Under the pieces are notes generated by a model. That model did no database searches and was not told the origin of the DNA. It saw only the letters and a list, made by a program, of their open reading frames with translations. A program made the translations under genes and the position numbers. From an uncultured delta proteobacterium (lineage in GTDB: Bacteria > Desulfobacterota > BSN033 > UBA1163), in NCBI GenBank assembly GCA_963708295.1, contig CAVPSJ010000013.1, positions 263,317-327,316 on the forward strand: a DNA stretch of 64,000 bases, read 5' to 3'. Of the stretch, positions 41,007 to 50,433 are shown one piece after another. The number at the start of each line of letters is the position of its first letter. The stretch's first letter is position 1.

Positions 41007-41825
41007 TTAGTGCCGGTGGAAGAGATAGTGGGAATGGAGATGCGTGTGCTTGGTTTTTCCGTGGAGATGGGCATGTACGTGGATGAGGTTCACTCTGAGC
41101 AGGAGCTCCTGATCTCCGAGAACCTCGTCGGTACTTCCGATCTTCTCAATTCGGTGATCCTCCGAGAGGACAACAACACGAGCCCCGAGCTCGGCGACCA
41201 GCCCAAGATCATGGGTGGCAAGGACAATCGTCTTTCCGGATTCACTCAGGGCAAACATGAGTTCCACGAGGAAGACCTGCGTTCTGGGGTCCAAGCCGTT
41301 TGTCGGCTCGTCAAATAGAAGATTCTGCGGGTTCATGGTCAGCACGGATCCGATTGCCACCTTCTTCTTCTCTCCCTCCGAAAGCATATAGGAAGGTCTG
41401 TCCTTCAGGTGTTCTATTCTCAGCATCTGCATCACCTCAAAGGCCCTCTGCATTCCTTCCTCCTCGGTGATCTCCAGCTGAAGGGGACCGTAAAGGAGCT
41501 CATCCAGCACCGTCGGGCAGAAGAGCTGAACATCAGAATCCTGGAACACGTATCCGACGCTCCCCCGGAATAGTCTGAGGAATCCTTTGTTCCGCAAAGA
41601 CCTCTCCGTCACCTCGGTGTCTCCAAAGAGAAATCTTCCGGTGACCGGATATTTCAACCCTCCCAGGATTTGCAGAAGCGTCGATTTCCCGCTGCCATTC
41701 GCGCCAACAATGGCAAGCTGATCTCCTTCTTTAACCTCAAGATTTACATCGGAAAGGGCTGGAATGTTATCAAAATAGCTGAAACTTACCTTTTCGAGTC
41801 TCATCAGATTTTCCACAGAAGACAC
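41007..41825 (-). CDS. nikO: ECF transporter ATPase (NikO/CbiO) with His-rich tail
   Basis: GANGSGKST, LSEGEKKKVA and DEPT; C-terminal HVHAHLHGKTKHTHLHSH. Confidence 0.88.
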   Translation of the reverse strand: MSSVENLMRLEKVSFSYFDNIPALSDVNLEVKEGDQLAIVGANGSGKSTLLQILGGLKYPVTGRFLFGDTEVTERSLRNKGFLRLFRGSVGYVFQDSDVQLFCPTVLDELLYGPLQLEITEEEGMQRAFEVMQMLRIEHLKDRPSYMLSEGEKKKVAIGSVLTMNPQNLLFDEPTNGLDPRTQVFLVELMFALSESGKTIVLATHDLGLVAELGARVVVLSEDHRIEKIGSTDEVLGDQELLLRVNLIHVHAHLHGKTKHTHLHSHYLFHRH

Positions 41826-41826
41826 C

Positions 41827-42753
41827 TCACATCAACAAAAATAGGATCGCCGCAAAAGAAAGGAGGACGGCAGCACACCAGTCCGCCATCCGCATCTTCC
41901 CGAAACCATAAAAATGGATTGAATCGGAAAAGCCTCTCCCGATCATGGCCTCAAATACGTCTTCACACTTTACCCTAGATTTTCTAAAGACGAGCGCCAT
42001 TCGGCCCGCAATCCATTCTCTCGCCTCAGCATGGTTTAATTCCCGGACGACTCTGCTTTTCTTGGCAAGGTGCATATCTTCAACGGTCTTCGAGAAGAGG
42101 AAGATGTATTTGTAGGAAAGAGTGATGATCATCAGAAAGCTATCAGGAACTTTCAGAAGCTTGAGTCCTCGGATAACGTCATGGAACGGAGTTGTATACA
42201 ATACCAGGAACGACAACGATAAGGAATTGACCACTCTCAGGGTGAGCATAGCAACCCCATTCATTCCCTCCCGGGTCAATCCGATAGCTGCGGGGAGATG
42301 ATAGATCCAGAAGGTGTAGGATTTTTCGAGTCTGACGATGGGGACTATGATTTCTCCCGTAGTGATCACGTTGAAGGCGGAGGGCAAAGCGACCAGAAAG
42401 CCAAAGACAAACCCCAGAAGAAGAACCCTCCTGTAAAACTTTAGAATGCTTAACCGAGCAAACAGGGCAAGCACAAAAACAAAAACCGAGATACCCATTT
42501 CCGGTAGCACCTCTTTTTTCAGACTCACGATAAGGATGAAACCGAGAAGGAAGAGGACTTTCACTCTGGCGTCGACCTTCTGGAAAAACCCATGTTGGGA
42601 CGAGAAGTTCCACTGGGCGTAACCGCCTTTAATCACGCCTGCTAGATGATCCATCCCCCTCTCGAGAAATGGCACCTTCACCTTTCCCTGATCCTGTTTC
42701 AAAGGACCGGGAGTCGATCGGGTTAATAGAAATGCGGGTATTCTATTTTCCAT
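41827..42753 (-). CDS. nikQ: ECF transporter T component (NikQ/CbiQ)
   Basis: DARVK, YKYIFL, AKKSR and AMIGRGF. Confidence 0.88.
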   Translation of the reverse strand: MENRIPAFLLTRSTPGPLKQDQGKVKVPFLERGMDHLAGVIKGGYAQWNFSSQHGFFQKVDARVKVLFLLGFILIVSLKKEVLPEMGISVFVFVLALFARLSILKFYRRVLLLGFVFGFLVALPSAFNVITTGEIIVPIVRLEKSYTFWIYHLPAAIGLTREGMNGVAMLTLRVVNSLSLSFLVLYTTPFHDVIRGLKLLKVPDSFLMIITLSYKYIFLFSKTVEDMHLAKKSRVVRELNHAEAREWIAGRMALVFRKSRVKCEDVFEAMIGRGFSDSIHFYGFGKMRMADWCAAVLLSFAAILFLLM

Positions 42754-43078
42754 GTTTTGCGATGAACCTCGAAATCACATACACAACGAAGGCACATATC
42801 CCTATGCCCAAGAGTCCCGACGCAACATAGGAGATCGTTTGGAGCGTCGTCGATGCGCCTTCCCCACCCAAGTGGTAATCCGGGAAAGGGGCCTTCCAGA
42901 GATCAGCCCATTTCCTCAATCCTTCTGGAACGTATCCTAATAGTTTCTCAAGTTTTTCTATTCCCCACTCACCCCATGCCTCCTCTGCCTTAAATGTTTC
43001 CGGAAGGAGGACACCGAGGGGGGTCAGCAGCGCCATGATGAAAAGACCTATCCAGAGTTTTTTCTGAAATTTTGTCAT
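42743..43078 (-). CDS. nikN: PDGLE-domain auxiliary membrane subunit (NikN-like)
   Basis: LLTPLG, AWGEWG and APFPDY with two TM helices. Confidence 0.8.
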   Translation of the reverse strand: MTKFQKKLWIGLFIMALLTPLGVLLPETFKAEEAWGEWGIEKLEKLLGYVPEGLRKWADLWKAPFPDYHLGGEGASTTLQTISYVASGLLGIGICAFVVYVISRFIAKHGK

Positions 43079-43788
43079 CCCAGCCTCCTTTGAGAGGAGC
43101 TGTTTGTGGATGGGCCCCACAGCCCGTAAACAAGATCGGGCTCGTGTTTTAGAAAGTACTTAAGCAGGAGCATCGTTACTAATCCTTCGACGATACCGAA
43201 CGGAAACAAATGCTCCAGGACCATCGCAGGCAGGGCTACGGACAGAGGGTAGGGGGCGTAGAGGGGCCTACCATTTGCCCCGGTGGCGATCATGGGCTGA
43301 ATCCCGAACTCCACGGCCGTCATCAGGGCTGCAACCACCAGACCCAGGTATCCGGAAAAGAAGGCGGCAACGGCGAGTCTGGCTCCCCCCTCTGCCTTCC
43401 CCTTCATGAGTTTAAATATCCAATAAGAAACAAAAGGCATAACCACCGCCATGTTGAAGCAGTTCGCTCCAACTGCGGTGATCCCTCCGTCGCCAAACAG
43501 CAAAGCCTGGATGATCAACACGACCGAAACAGCCAGAACGGCTGTCCAGGGTCCCAGGAGAATGGCGATGATCCCAGCTCCCACGGCGTGGCCTGCGGTT
43601 CCCCCCGGGATCGGGATGTTGAACATCATGAGAAGGAAAGAAAAGGCCGCTGCCATGGCGAGGTAAGGGACATGCTTGAGAGAAAGCTGTTTCTTCAATT
43701 TCTTCTGTGCAATCGCCCAGAAGCCGATAGAAGCTCCGTACAACGGGAGATAGGTCTGGGGGCTGAGATAACCGTCGGGTATATGCAT
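43075..43788 (-). CDS. nikM: ECF S component NikM/CbiM (nickel-type N-terminus)
   Basis: Starts MHIPDGYL (NikM-type, versus MHIMEG in cobalt CbiM); FNIPIPGG and FGDGGITAVGAN. Confidence 0.9.
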   Translation of the reverse strand: MHIPDGYLSPQTYLPLYGASIGFWAIAQKKLKKQLSLKHVPYLAMAAAFSFLLMMFNIPIPGGTAGHAVGAGIIAILLGPWTAVLAVSVVLIIQALLFGDGGITAVGANCFNMAVVMPFVSYWIFKLMKGKAEGGARLAVAAFFSGYLGLVVAALMTAVEFGIQPMIATGANGRPLYAPYPLSVALPAMVLEHLFPFGIVEGLVTMLLLKYFLKHEPDLVYGLWGPSTNSSSQRRLG

Positions 43789-43867
43789 AAGCTCCTCCCA
43801 GGATGATTCTACCGCAAAGATATTGACCCATCAACATCGGAGCGTTTTCTTTCTCCAATGGGCCCTT

Positions 43868-43920
43868 AAAAAAAGCCACGAAGATTTCCCAGCTTCTCCG
43901 GGAATAAAGACCTTCGTGGC
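43868..43920 (-). promoter_or_regulatory. Attenuator/terminator-like RNA element, copy B (upstream of nikM)
   Basis: GCCACGAAG-GTCTTTA-TTCCCGG.AGAAG.CTGGGAA-AT-CTTCGTGGC-TTTTTTT. Confidence 0.75.
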
Positions 43921-43970
43921 CTATCTAAATGATGAGTGAGGGGTCTTGAGTTCGGAATTAAAGCGCGATT

Positions 43971-44162
43971 CTATCTGGATTCTTCCAGAATAATTCGGTG
44001 GTCAATAAGGTTCATCTCTTTAATGCGAGCTTTGATCCGTTTTTGCTCTCCGAAGATATTCTGGAGGTATAGTTCGTCCTTTTCCGGTCGGAGAACGGAG
44101 ATGTCCTCCAAAACCAATTCTTCCTTTCCTTCCTTAATAAGATATGCATTGGCCTCGCACAT
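43971..44162 (-). CDS. cooT: CooT-family nickel-binding protein
   Basis: MCEANAYL start (Cys2), NIFGEQK and DHRIIL; RBS AGGAGG. Confidence 0.9.
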   Translation of the reverse strand: MCEANAYLIKEGKEELVLEDISVLRPEKDELYLQNIFGEQKRIKARIKEMNLIDHRIILEESR

Positions 44163-44225
44163 TTTTTCCTCCTGTCTCAAGTTCCCACCGCCCCTTTTTC
44201 AAAAGAGGGGAGGGAAGATTCATTT

Positions 44226-44654
44226 TCACGTTACAAGGATTTCTCGAATCCGTTTTACTAACTGATCGATCAAGTGGGGAAGGGGTTCTTTAGGGGCTCC
44301 GATAATCTCCACTTCGGGTATCTTTAGAGGGAGAAGACATTTTGTGCCAGACGACGAAGCAACGGCCTCTGCCATCTTAGGAGTGAATTCCCCCATCATT
44401 GAATTGGCCAGTACAATGCCCGTGGTCCCGATGATGATATCGACGGCCTTTACGGTTTGGATAATGGCATTCTCCCCGGAGGCTCCTTTATTGGCCCCTC
44501 CTTTTAGCATTGCTCCCGTCGCCATCGCGTTTGTTCCCAAACCGATGATTTCCACCTCCTCGGTGAAGGTTTCCCGTAGACGCTTAATAATGGCGCTTCC
44601 GATACCTCCTCCCTGGCCGTCGATGACAGCGATGGACTTTTTTCTCTTTTCCAT
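44226..44654 (-). CDS. DUF3842 family protein
   Basis: IAVIDGQGGGIG, LGTNAMAT.AMLK.GANKGASGENAI and NSMMGEFTPKMA; RBS AAGGAG. Confidence 0.85.
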   Translation of the reverse strand: MEKRKKSIAVIDGQGGGIGSAIIKRLRETFTEEVEIIGLGTNAMATGAMLKGGANKGASGENAIIQTVKAVDIIIGTTGIVLANSMMGEFTPKMAEAVASSSGTKCLLPLKIPEVEIIGAPKEPLPHLIDQLVKRIREILVT

Positions 44655-44670
44655 TCTCCTTCCGTTCAAT

Positions 44671-44757
44671 AAAAAAGCCACGTTGGGTCGCTCCTTTCAT
44701 AGGAGCTTTGCCTTCGTGGCTCCTTTTAGTTTAAACAACAACGGCCCCATTTGTCAA
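44671..44757 (-). promoter_or_regulatory. sigma70-like promoter (TTGACA-N18-TAAACT) followed by attenuator-like RNA element, copy A (44720-44671)
   Basis: GCCACGAAGG-CAAA-GCTCCT.ATGAA.AGGAGC-GACCCAA-CGTGGC-TTTTTT lies right after the predicted transcription start, 16 nt before the DUF3842 start. Confidence 0.72.
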
Positions 44758-44772
44758 CATCCATTCAACCCG

Positions 44773-45927
44773 TCAGGGGTTATAAGACTTCTTAATCGAG
44801 GTAGTGATGGCTCTGGCCATTTTTTCCTGGAATTCTTCGTGATTGAGCAGGTATTCGTCTTCCTTATTGGTGATATAGGCCATCTCCACCAGGACAGAGG
44901 GGATATCCGGGGCTTTCAATACTATGAAATTGGCCTGTCGATAGGAAGAATACTTGAGTATATTGAAGGCCCTGATATCTTTGAGAAGGGTCTCAGCGAA
45001 TTGAAAGCTATCTCTCATGGTGTCGTTCTGCCTGAGGTCCAACAGGATCTGGTTGAGATTGCGATCCTTCGAGAGATCCGTGGGCTTTGAAAAGGCCCCC
45101 CCTAAGATGTTTGACAGGTTCTCTTTGTCCGCAAGAGTTCTAGCTGCCTGATCCGTAGCTCCTGAGAGGGAGAGACAATAGACGGAAGAACCTCTGGCCT
45201 GTGGGTTGAAACTCCCATCGGTGTGGAGGCTGACAAAGAGATCGGCCCCGTACTCCCTCGCTATCTTCGTTCGTTGCTCCAAAGGAATAAAATAATCCCC
45301 TTTCCGGGTGAGAAAAGCCTGGATTTCCTTATTTTGATTAAGGAGATGAACTACTTTTTCTCCTACCTTCAATACAATGTCCTTCTCTATTGTCTTTTTC
45401 GGGCCCACTGCTCCTGGATCTTCCCCGCCGTGGCCGGGGTCAATGACGACGATTTTGGTCCCCTTTGGCTTGATTTCCTTTTGTTTTTGTCTCTCGGCTA
45501 TTTCCTTTCTTTCCTGCGCGATGTCAACCAGGTCGATCACGAGACGATAGGCCTTTTCTTCGTAAGGTTTCAAAGTGAAGACGGTTGCATTCAAAGGCCT
45601 TTTCTGATGAAGGACCAATTTTACTTTTCCCTTCTCGATCCCTATCAGGCTGATTTTGGCAAGGAATGGATCCTTGACTTCCAACTCTCTCTTGGGCGTA
45701 TAAAGAAAGGCTCCTCTTAATTCCAGATGGAATTGAGGAGGGTCTTCCTTTGAAAAGCTCTCATACTGAACGGGTTCTGTGACATCAATGACCACCCGGG
45801 AGTGGTCCGGAGCAGACCAGAACCTGACATCGGTCACCAGGGCTCCCCGAACGATGCAGGGCTGTACGAGAAAGACGAAGATACCAAAGAAGAAGAGAGA
45901 AACAATTTTCAAGAATTTGGTTCCCAT
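44773..45927 (-). CDS. N-acetylmuramoyl-L-alanine amidase with AMIN domain (AmiC-like)
   Basis: SRVVID AMIN domain; IDPGHGGEDPGA, EKD, FVSLH and PSVLVEMAYITN. Confidence 0.92.
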   Translation of the reverse strand: MGTKFLKIVSLFFFGIFVFLVQPCIVRGALVTDVRFWSAPDHSRVVIDVTEPVQYESFSKEDPPQFHLELRGAFLYTPKRELEVKDPFLAKISLIGIEKGKVKLVLHQKRPLNATVFTLKPYEEKAYRLVIDLVDIAQERKEIAERQKQKEIKPKGTKIVVIDPGHGGEDPGAVGPKKTIEKDIVLKVGEKVVHLLNQNKEIQAFLTRKGDYFIPLEQRTKIAREYGADLFVSLHTDGSFNPQARGSSVYCLSLSGATDQAARTLADKENLSNILGGAFSKPTDLSKDRNLNQILLDLRQNDTMRDSFQFAETLLKDIRAFNILKYSSYRQANFIVLKAPDIPSVLVEMAYITNKEDEYLLNHEEFQEKMARAITTSIKKSYNP

Positions 45928-46026
45928 TTTTAGGTTAGCGATATCATAACCGGTTCCAAGCGTCAACTGCTATTTCGCGTCCGGCCCGGCCACCGGTTTG
46001 GTCTTGTCCGAGCTTCAGGTTATTTA

Positions 46027-48123
46027 TTAAAAACCCTGAGCCTTACGGACCCGACAGAGCACGGCTCGAAGTGAAGTGGAACCCATTGCAGGATCATAAG
46101 GGGGACCATTATCCGTCAGAATATTGAGGTTTGATTCTTCCCACCCGAAGAGTTCAAGGTCTTTCCGTTCGGGAAACCACCATCCGAAACTGAGGACGAT
46201 GACCCGCGAATCGATCTCTGAGGTCAGTCTTGCCTTCTGTTGAATGGCTCCCCGTTTTGTCTCGATCGAGATCCAATCCCCCTCGGCAATTCCCAGATGA
46301 GAAGCAGTCTCAGGATGAATGAGGACAATCGGATCCGAAGAGAGCTTTCGAAGAGAGGGAATATTTCGGCCAGAAGAATGGAAGTAATAGGGATCTTTGG
46401 CTGAGGTAAAGATCAGCGGATATTCCTTAAAGAGCTGGGGGGTGCTGTAGGGAGATTCAGGGAGTTCTCGATAGAGGGGGAGAGGATCGTATCCCCAGTC
46501 CTTTAGCCGTTGAGAAAAGATCTCCACCTTTCCGGAAGGTGTGTTGAAGCCTTTCTCCTCGTAACTCCTGTATTTCCATTCCCCCTTCAAAATCCCCACT
46601 TTTCTGAAGTCATCATACGTCATTCCAGCCGGGTTGAGGATTTCATCCAGGCACTCTCCCATGTCCTTCCAGAAAGATTGCGCAAAACCCAGGCGTTTGC
46701 CCAATTCGTTCAGGATCTTGGAGTCGGGCCAACATTCACCCCTGGGGTCGACGATTTTCGGCCGGGCGAGAATGAATCCATGGGGAAGCCCCAAATGTCC
46801 GATGTCGTCAAACTCGAAGTTGGAGGCCGCCGGGAGAAGGATATCCGCTAATTGAGCCGTCGGGGTCAAAAATATCTCGGAAACGGCAAGGAAGTCAAGG
46901 CGCCTCATCGCCTCGAACGTCTCCTTCGCATTGGCATAACTGAGGAGAGGGTTTCCGCCCTGGAGGTACATCATTCGAATTGGATGAGGTTTTCCCGTAA
47001 GGATGGCTTTGACAATCATCTGAGAAGGCACAAAACCCATCATCGCGGCAAGGCGAAATTCAGGGCTCAGGATATTTTCTTTCCTGTCAGGGAACTTCTT
47101 GCTCTGGACCAATTCCCCTGTCCTCATGATGGCTGGACCCGGCCGGTTCACATTCCCTCCCGCCACCTCTAAGCTTCCGGTAAGAGCCATCAAAATCAAG
47201 AGAGCCCTCGCACACTGGACGCTGTTGAGGTTATGTTCCAGCGCATTTCCCCACTGAATGCAGGAGGGCTTTGTCTGAGCGAAGAGGCGAGATGCCTTGA
47301 CAATTTGTTCTTTTGCGACCCAGGTGATTTCTGAGACTCGATCGAGAGGATAGGAATGAAGATGATCTACCAATTCGGTGAAACCCTTGGTCCAATTTTC
47401 GACGAAGGCCTTTTCATAGAGGACTTCATCGACGATCACCTTGAGCATTCCCAAGGCGAGTGCCAGATCAGTTCCAGGCCTGGGCTGGAGCCAAAGATCT
47501 GCCCTGGATGCAATTCCTGTCTTTCTAGGATCGATGACAATCAGTTTTGCCCCATGATCCAGGGCTCTTCTGAGCTGGGAGCCGATGATTCCCTCTTCGT
47601 TGGTCTGGAAGAGGTTGCTCCCCCAAACGATGACACAAGCAGGAGAGCCACTGTAATCCGGGATCGGGAAAAAACCGCAGGTGAGGGTGGAAGCGGTCTC
47701 CCTTGGCATGTGGCAGATATTCCCGGGCGTGGCGATATTCGGTATGTTCAGAAGATTCGCCAGTCGGAGCATCAAGAAGAGTTCAAGACCTTTTGGGGTT
47801 CCCTGGGCAAAAGAGACGGCTTTCTCACCCTCTGTTTGAATCGTTTCTCGCATCCTTCCTGCAACGGTATCCAGAGCCTCGTCCCAGGAGATGCGCTTCC
47901 ATTTTCCTTCTCCCTTTTCGCCTGTTCTTTTCATCGGATAAAGGAGGCGGTCAGGATGGTTCAGCCTCTCGATTTGAGCCAACCCTTTGGCGCAGATCGT
48001 TCCGCGGTTGAGGGGTGAGTCAGGGTCTCCCTCGATCCTGGTAATCTTGCCATTCTCGACATGGACGAGAATCCCGCATCCCCCATGATCCATCCTGGCG
48101 CAATAGGTCTTGACAATCATCAC
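46027..48123 (-). CDS. Mo/W-bisPGD oxidoreductase, acetylene-hydratase-like clade
   Basis: CARMDHGGC...CAKG, DRLLYP, ISWDEAL, putative Cys ligand in PGNICH, TPSGKVE and a C-terminal molybdopterin-binding domain; no Tat signal. Confidence 0.85.
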   Translation of the reverse strand: MMIVKTYCARMDHGGCGILVHVENGKITRIEGDPDSPLNRGTICAKGLAQIERLNHPDRLLYPMKRTGEKGEGKWKRISWDEALDTVAGRMRETIQTEGEKAVSFAQGTPKGLELFLMLRLANLLNIPNIATPGNICHMPRETASTLTCGFFPIPDYSGSPACVIVWGSNLFQTNEEGIIGSQLRRALDHGAKLIVIDPRKTGIASRADLWLQPRPGTDLALALGMLKVIVDEVLYEKAFVENWTKGFTELVDHLHSYPLDRVSEITWVAKEQIVKASRLFAQTKPSCIQWGNALEHNLNSVQCARALLILMALTGSLEVAGGNVNRPGPAIMRTGELVQSKKFPDRKENILSPEFRLAAMMGFVPSQMIVKAILTGKPHPIRMMYLQGGNPLLSYANAKETFEAMRRLDFLAVSEIFLTPTAQLADILLPAASNFEFDDIGHLGLPHGFILARPKIVDPRGECWPDSKILNELGKRLGFAQSFWKDMGECLDEILNPAGMTYDDFRKVGILKGEWKYRSYEEKGFNTPSGKVEIFSQRLKDWGYDPLPLYRELPESPYSTPQLFKEYPLIFTSAKDPYYFHSSGRNIPSLRKLSSDPIVLIHPETASHLGIAEGDWISIETKRGAIQQKARLTSEIDSRVIVLSFGWWFPERKDLELFGWEESNLNILTDNGPPYDPAMGSTSLRAVLCRVRKAQGF

Positions 48124-48284
48124 GGACGTCCTTTCGGAGCTTAGTTTTTTTTAACATTTTGAAATTTCTTTTACAAGACGAGCTTTTGAGTGTCCTTTCA
48201 ATAAAGAAAAATTTGCTTGTTTTCTACATCTTCTGATGGTATAAAAAATCTATAAGGTTAAAATTCCTCAAGGAGGTGAAGCAT

Positions 48285-48731
48285 ATGGCAGTTTCGTTGA
48301 AACCGGTTGTCAAAGTGAGTGATAAATTAAAAGGAATGTTGAATGACGCCATCGCCAGGGAGATTCAGGTGAGCATCCAGTACATGTGGCAGCATGTGCA
48401 GGTGGTGGGGGTGAAAGGGGTTGCTGTCCAGGACAAATTCCAGCAGACGGCGATTGCGGAGATGAAGCATGCTGAGAAGATTGCTGAAAGGCTCTGGTAC
48501 CTTGGAGGCACTCCGACCACCAAACCTTCACCGATCAAGGTGGGTGAGAATATGAAGGAGTTCCTCGAGCTCGACACAAAGGCAGAGGTGGAAGCGATCG
48601 AGATGTACAGGGGGATCATCGAACTGGCCCAGAAAGAAGGAGATGTGACGACGGCCTTTATATTCAAAGAAATCCTCGAAGACGAAGAAGAGCATCACGA
48701 TCTCTTTACGACGATGCTCGAAGAGGTGTAA
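48285..48731 (+). CDS. Ferritin-like (bacterioferritin-type) protein
   Basis: AREIQVSIQY, EMKHAE, E..AI..Y and DEEEHH diiron motifs; RBS AGGAGGTG. Confidence 0.88.
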   Translation: MAVSLKPVVKVSDKLKGMLNDAIAREIQVSIQYMWQHVQVVGVKGVAVQDKFQQTAIAEMKHAEKIAERLWYLGGTPTTKPSPIKVGENMKEFLELDTKAEVEAIEMYRGIIELAQKEGDVTTAFIFKEILEDEEEHHDLFTTMLEEV

Positions 48732-48741
48732 GACAATTCAT

Positions 48742-48778
48742 CCCCGCCCCCCTTTCTGAAAAGGGGCGCGGGGGTTCT
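48742..48778 (+). terminator. GC-rich hairpin (CCCCGCCCCCCTTT..AAAGGGGCGCGGGG)
   Basis: Inverted repeat right after the ferritin stop; a related CCCCTTTTTCAAAAGAGGGG hairpin sits at ~44191-44210. Confidence 0.55.
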
Positions 48779-48897
48779 CTATTTGCCCATACCGAGACTG
48801 TAAATCACTTCGGCTTTCATCCTGACCCTAACCTGAAGACCACATCGCTTCATACGCAAGTCAAGGATTCTCTTATATCTTCTGGGGGGAGGAGACG

Positions 48898-50265
48898 GTG
48901 AATCTGAAATCTCTATTTCATCCAAAAACCCTTGCCGTCGTTGGGGTTTCGCTGAGCAATGAAAAACATCCTGCCAATGTCATCTATAATAAGAACAACC
49001 TTCGATTACAAGCCAAAGTCTTTCCGGTCAATGATCGAGGGGGTATCTACCAGGGAGAGAAGGTCTATGCCGGTGTATTGGACGTTCCCGAAAAGGTTGA
49101 CTTGGCCGTGATCGCCACTCGGGCGGAGGGAGTTCCAAAGATCCTGAACGATTGTATCCAGGCCGGAGTAGGCGGCGCGGTGTTGATCTCCGGCGGATTT
49201 GCCGAAATAGGGAATCGAGACTTACAGGACGAGATTGTGTCGATTGCAAAAGAAGCGGATTTTCCGTTTATCGGGCCGAATTGCCTAGGAATTTACTCTC
49301 CGCCTTATGTCGATACCTTTTTCATCCCCAGTGAGCGAATCGTAAGGCCGGAAAGCGGGAAGGTTACTTTAGTGAGTCAAAGCGGGGGGATCCTGGTGGA
49401 TCATATCGTCAAATTGGCGGGGGAGGGGGTAGGACTCTCCAAGGCGGTGAGCATCGGGAACAAGGCATTGATCGGAGAAATTGAACTGCTGGATTATTTT
49501 TCGGATGATCCTGAAACCAGTGTGATTGCCTTTTATATCGAAGGATTCGGAGAAAGAGAAGGAAGAAAGTTTGTTCTGAAGGCCGGGCAATGCCAAAAGC
49601 CAATCGTGGTTTTAAAAGCCGGGAAGACCTCCGGAGGGAGCCGGGCGGTGTCAAGCCACACGGCATCCATGGCGGGTGACTATGAGGTGTTTTCTTCAGC
49701 CCTCGCCCAATATGGAGTGATCGAAGCCAAAGATGAATTCGAATTGATTCCTTTTTGTGAAGCACTCTGTTGCTATCAGGGTTCAATCGCAGGGAAAATT
49801 GGGATCATCACCGGGAGTGGCGGGCATGGGGCGTTGGCCGTGGACGCGTGTCTCTCTCACGGACTTTCAGTGCCCACCCTGAAAGATGAGGATCAAACCG
49901 AAATCAAAAAAGGATTTTCTCCGCGCATTCAGACGATTGCTTCCCTGAATAATCCGATTGATCTTACCGGCAGTGCCGTGGATGACGATTTTGTTGCTGC
50001 GGCGAGCGTTTTGAGCAGAAAAGAAGTTGTGGACTGTCTCTTGATTCTTCTTCTCCCCTATGTCCCGGGGATCACGTCGGATTTGGGCGCCCGCTTAAGT
50101 CAGATTTACCGGCAGACAGGTAAGCCCATGATTGCTTATGTTCCCCACGTGGAGAAATTTCTGATGTTTGTCGAAGGGTTTCAGCTCAACCAGATACCTG
50201 TCGCCCATTCCATTGAGGAAGCCGTCCACATGGCAAAGGCATTGAAGAGGAGTCCCCTGAGTTGA
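48898..50265 (+). CDS. ADP-forming acyl-CoA synthetase alpha subunit (CoA-binding; no ATP-grasp domain)
   Basis: AVVGVS, ISGGFAE, IGPNCLG, SQSGG, SHTASMAG (phospho-His) and NNPIDLTG. Confidence 0.88.
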   Translation: MNLKSLFHPKTLAVVGVSLSNEKHPANVIYNKNNLRLQAKVFPVNDRGGIYQGEKVYAGVLDVPEKVDLAVIATRAEGVPKILNDCIQAGVGGAVLISGGFAEIGNRDLQDEIVSIAKEADFPFIGPNCLGIYSPPYVDTFFIPSERIVRPESGKVTLVSQSGGILVDHIVKLAGEGVGLSKAVSIGNKALIGEIELLDYFSDDPETSVIAFYIEGFGEREGRKFVLKAGQCQKPIVVLKAGKTSGGSRAVSSHTASMAGDYEVFSSALAQYGVIEAKDEFELIPFCEALCCYQGSIAGKIGIITGSGGHGALAVDACLSHGLSVPTLKDEDQTEIKKGFSPRIQTIASLNNPIDLTGSAVDDDFVAAASVLSRKEVVDCLLILLLPYVPGITSDLGARLSQIYRQTGKPMIAYVPHVEKFLMFVEGFQLNQIPVAHSIEEAVHMAKALKRSPLS

Positions 50266-50433
50266 CCATGAGCTGGAAGACCTCCTTTTCTTCTTGGATG
50301 CCGAATTCAGGCAGTGCGTTCTTTCGGTTTTGCTTTGGTATGGATCAAGGGGCCGTTGCTCAAATCGATTTTATGCTTCGATCCTCCGTTTCGCGAGACA
50401 TGAACGGAAAAGTCATACGAATTCAAGATACCA

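Noticed and set aside
43790-43970. Cobalamin riboswitch upstream of the cbiM/nikM-like gene
   Set aside because: No B12-box or GGGAA..GGTG.AA.TCC core, the space is short, and the MHIPDG N-terminus indicates a nickel-type transporter.
44344-48018. Long antisense ORFs (for example 44344-45090, 47356-48018; also 18072-18836 and 51149-51820)
   Set aside because: Shadow frames opposite well-supported genes, with no recognisable motifs.
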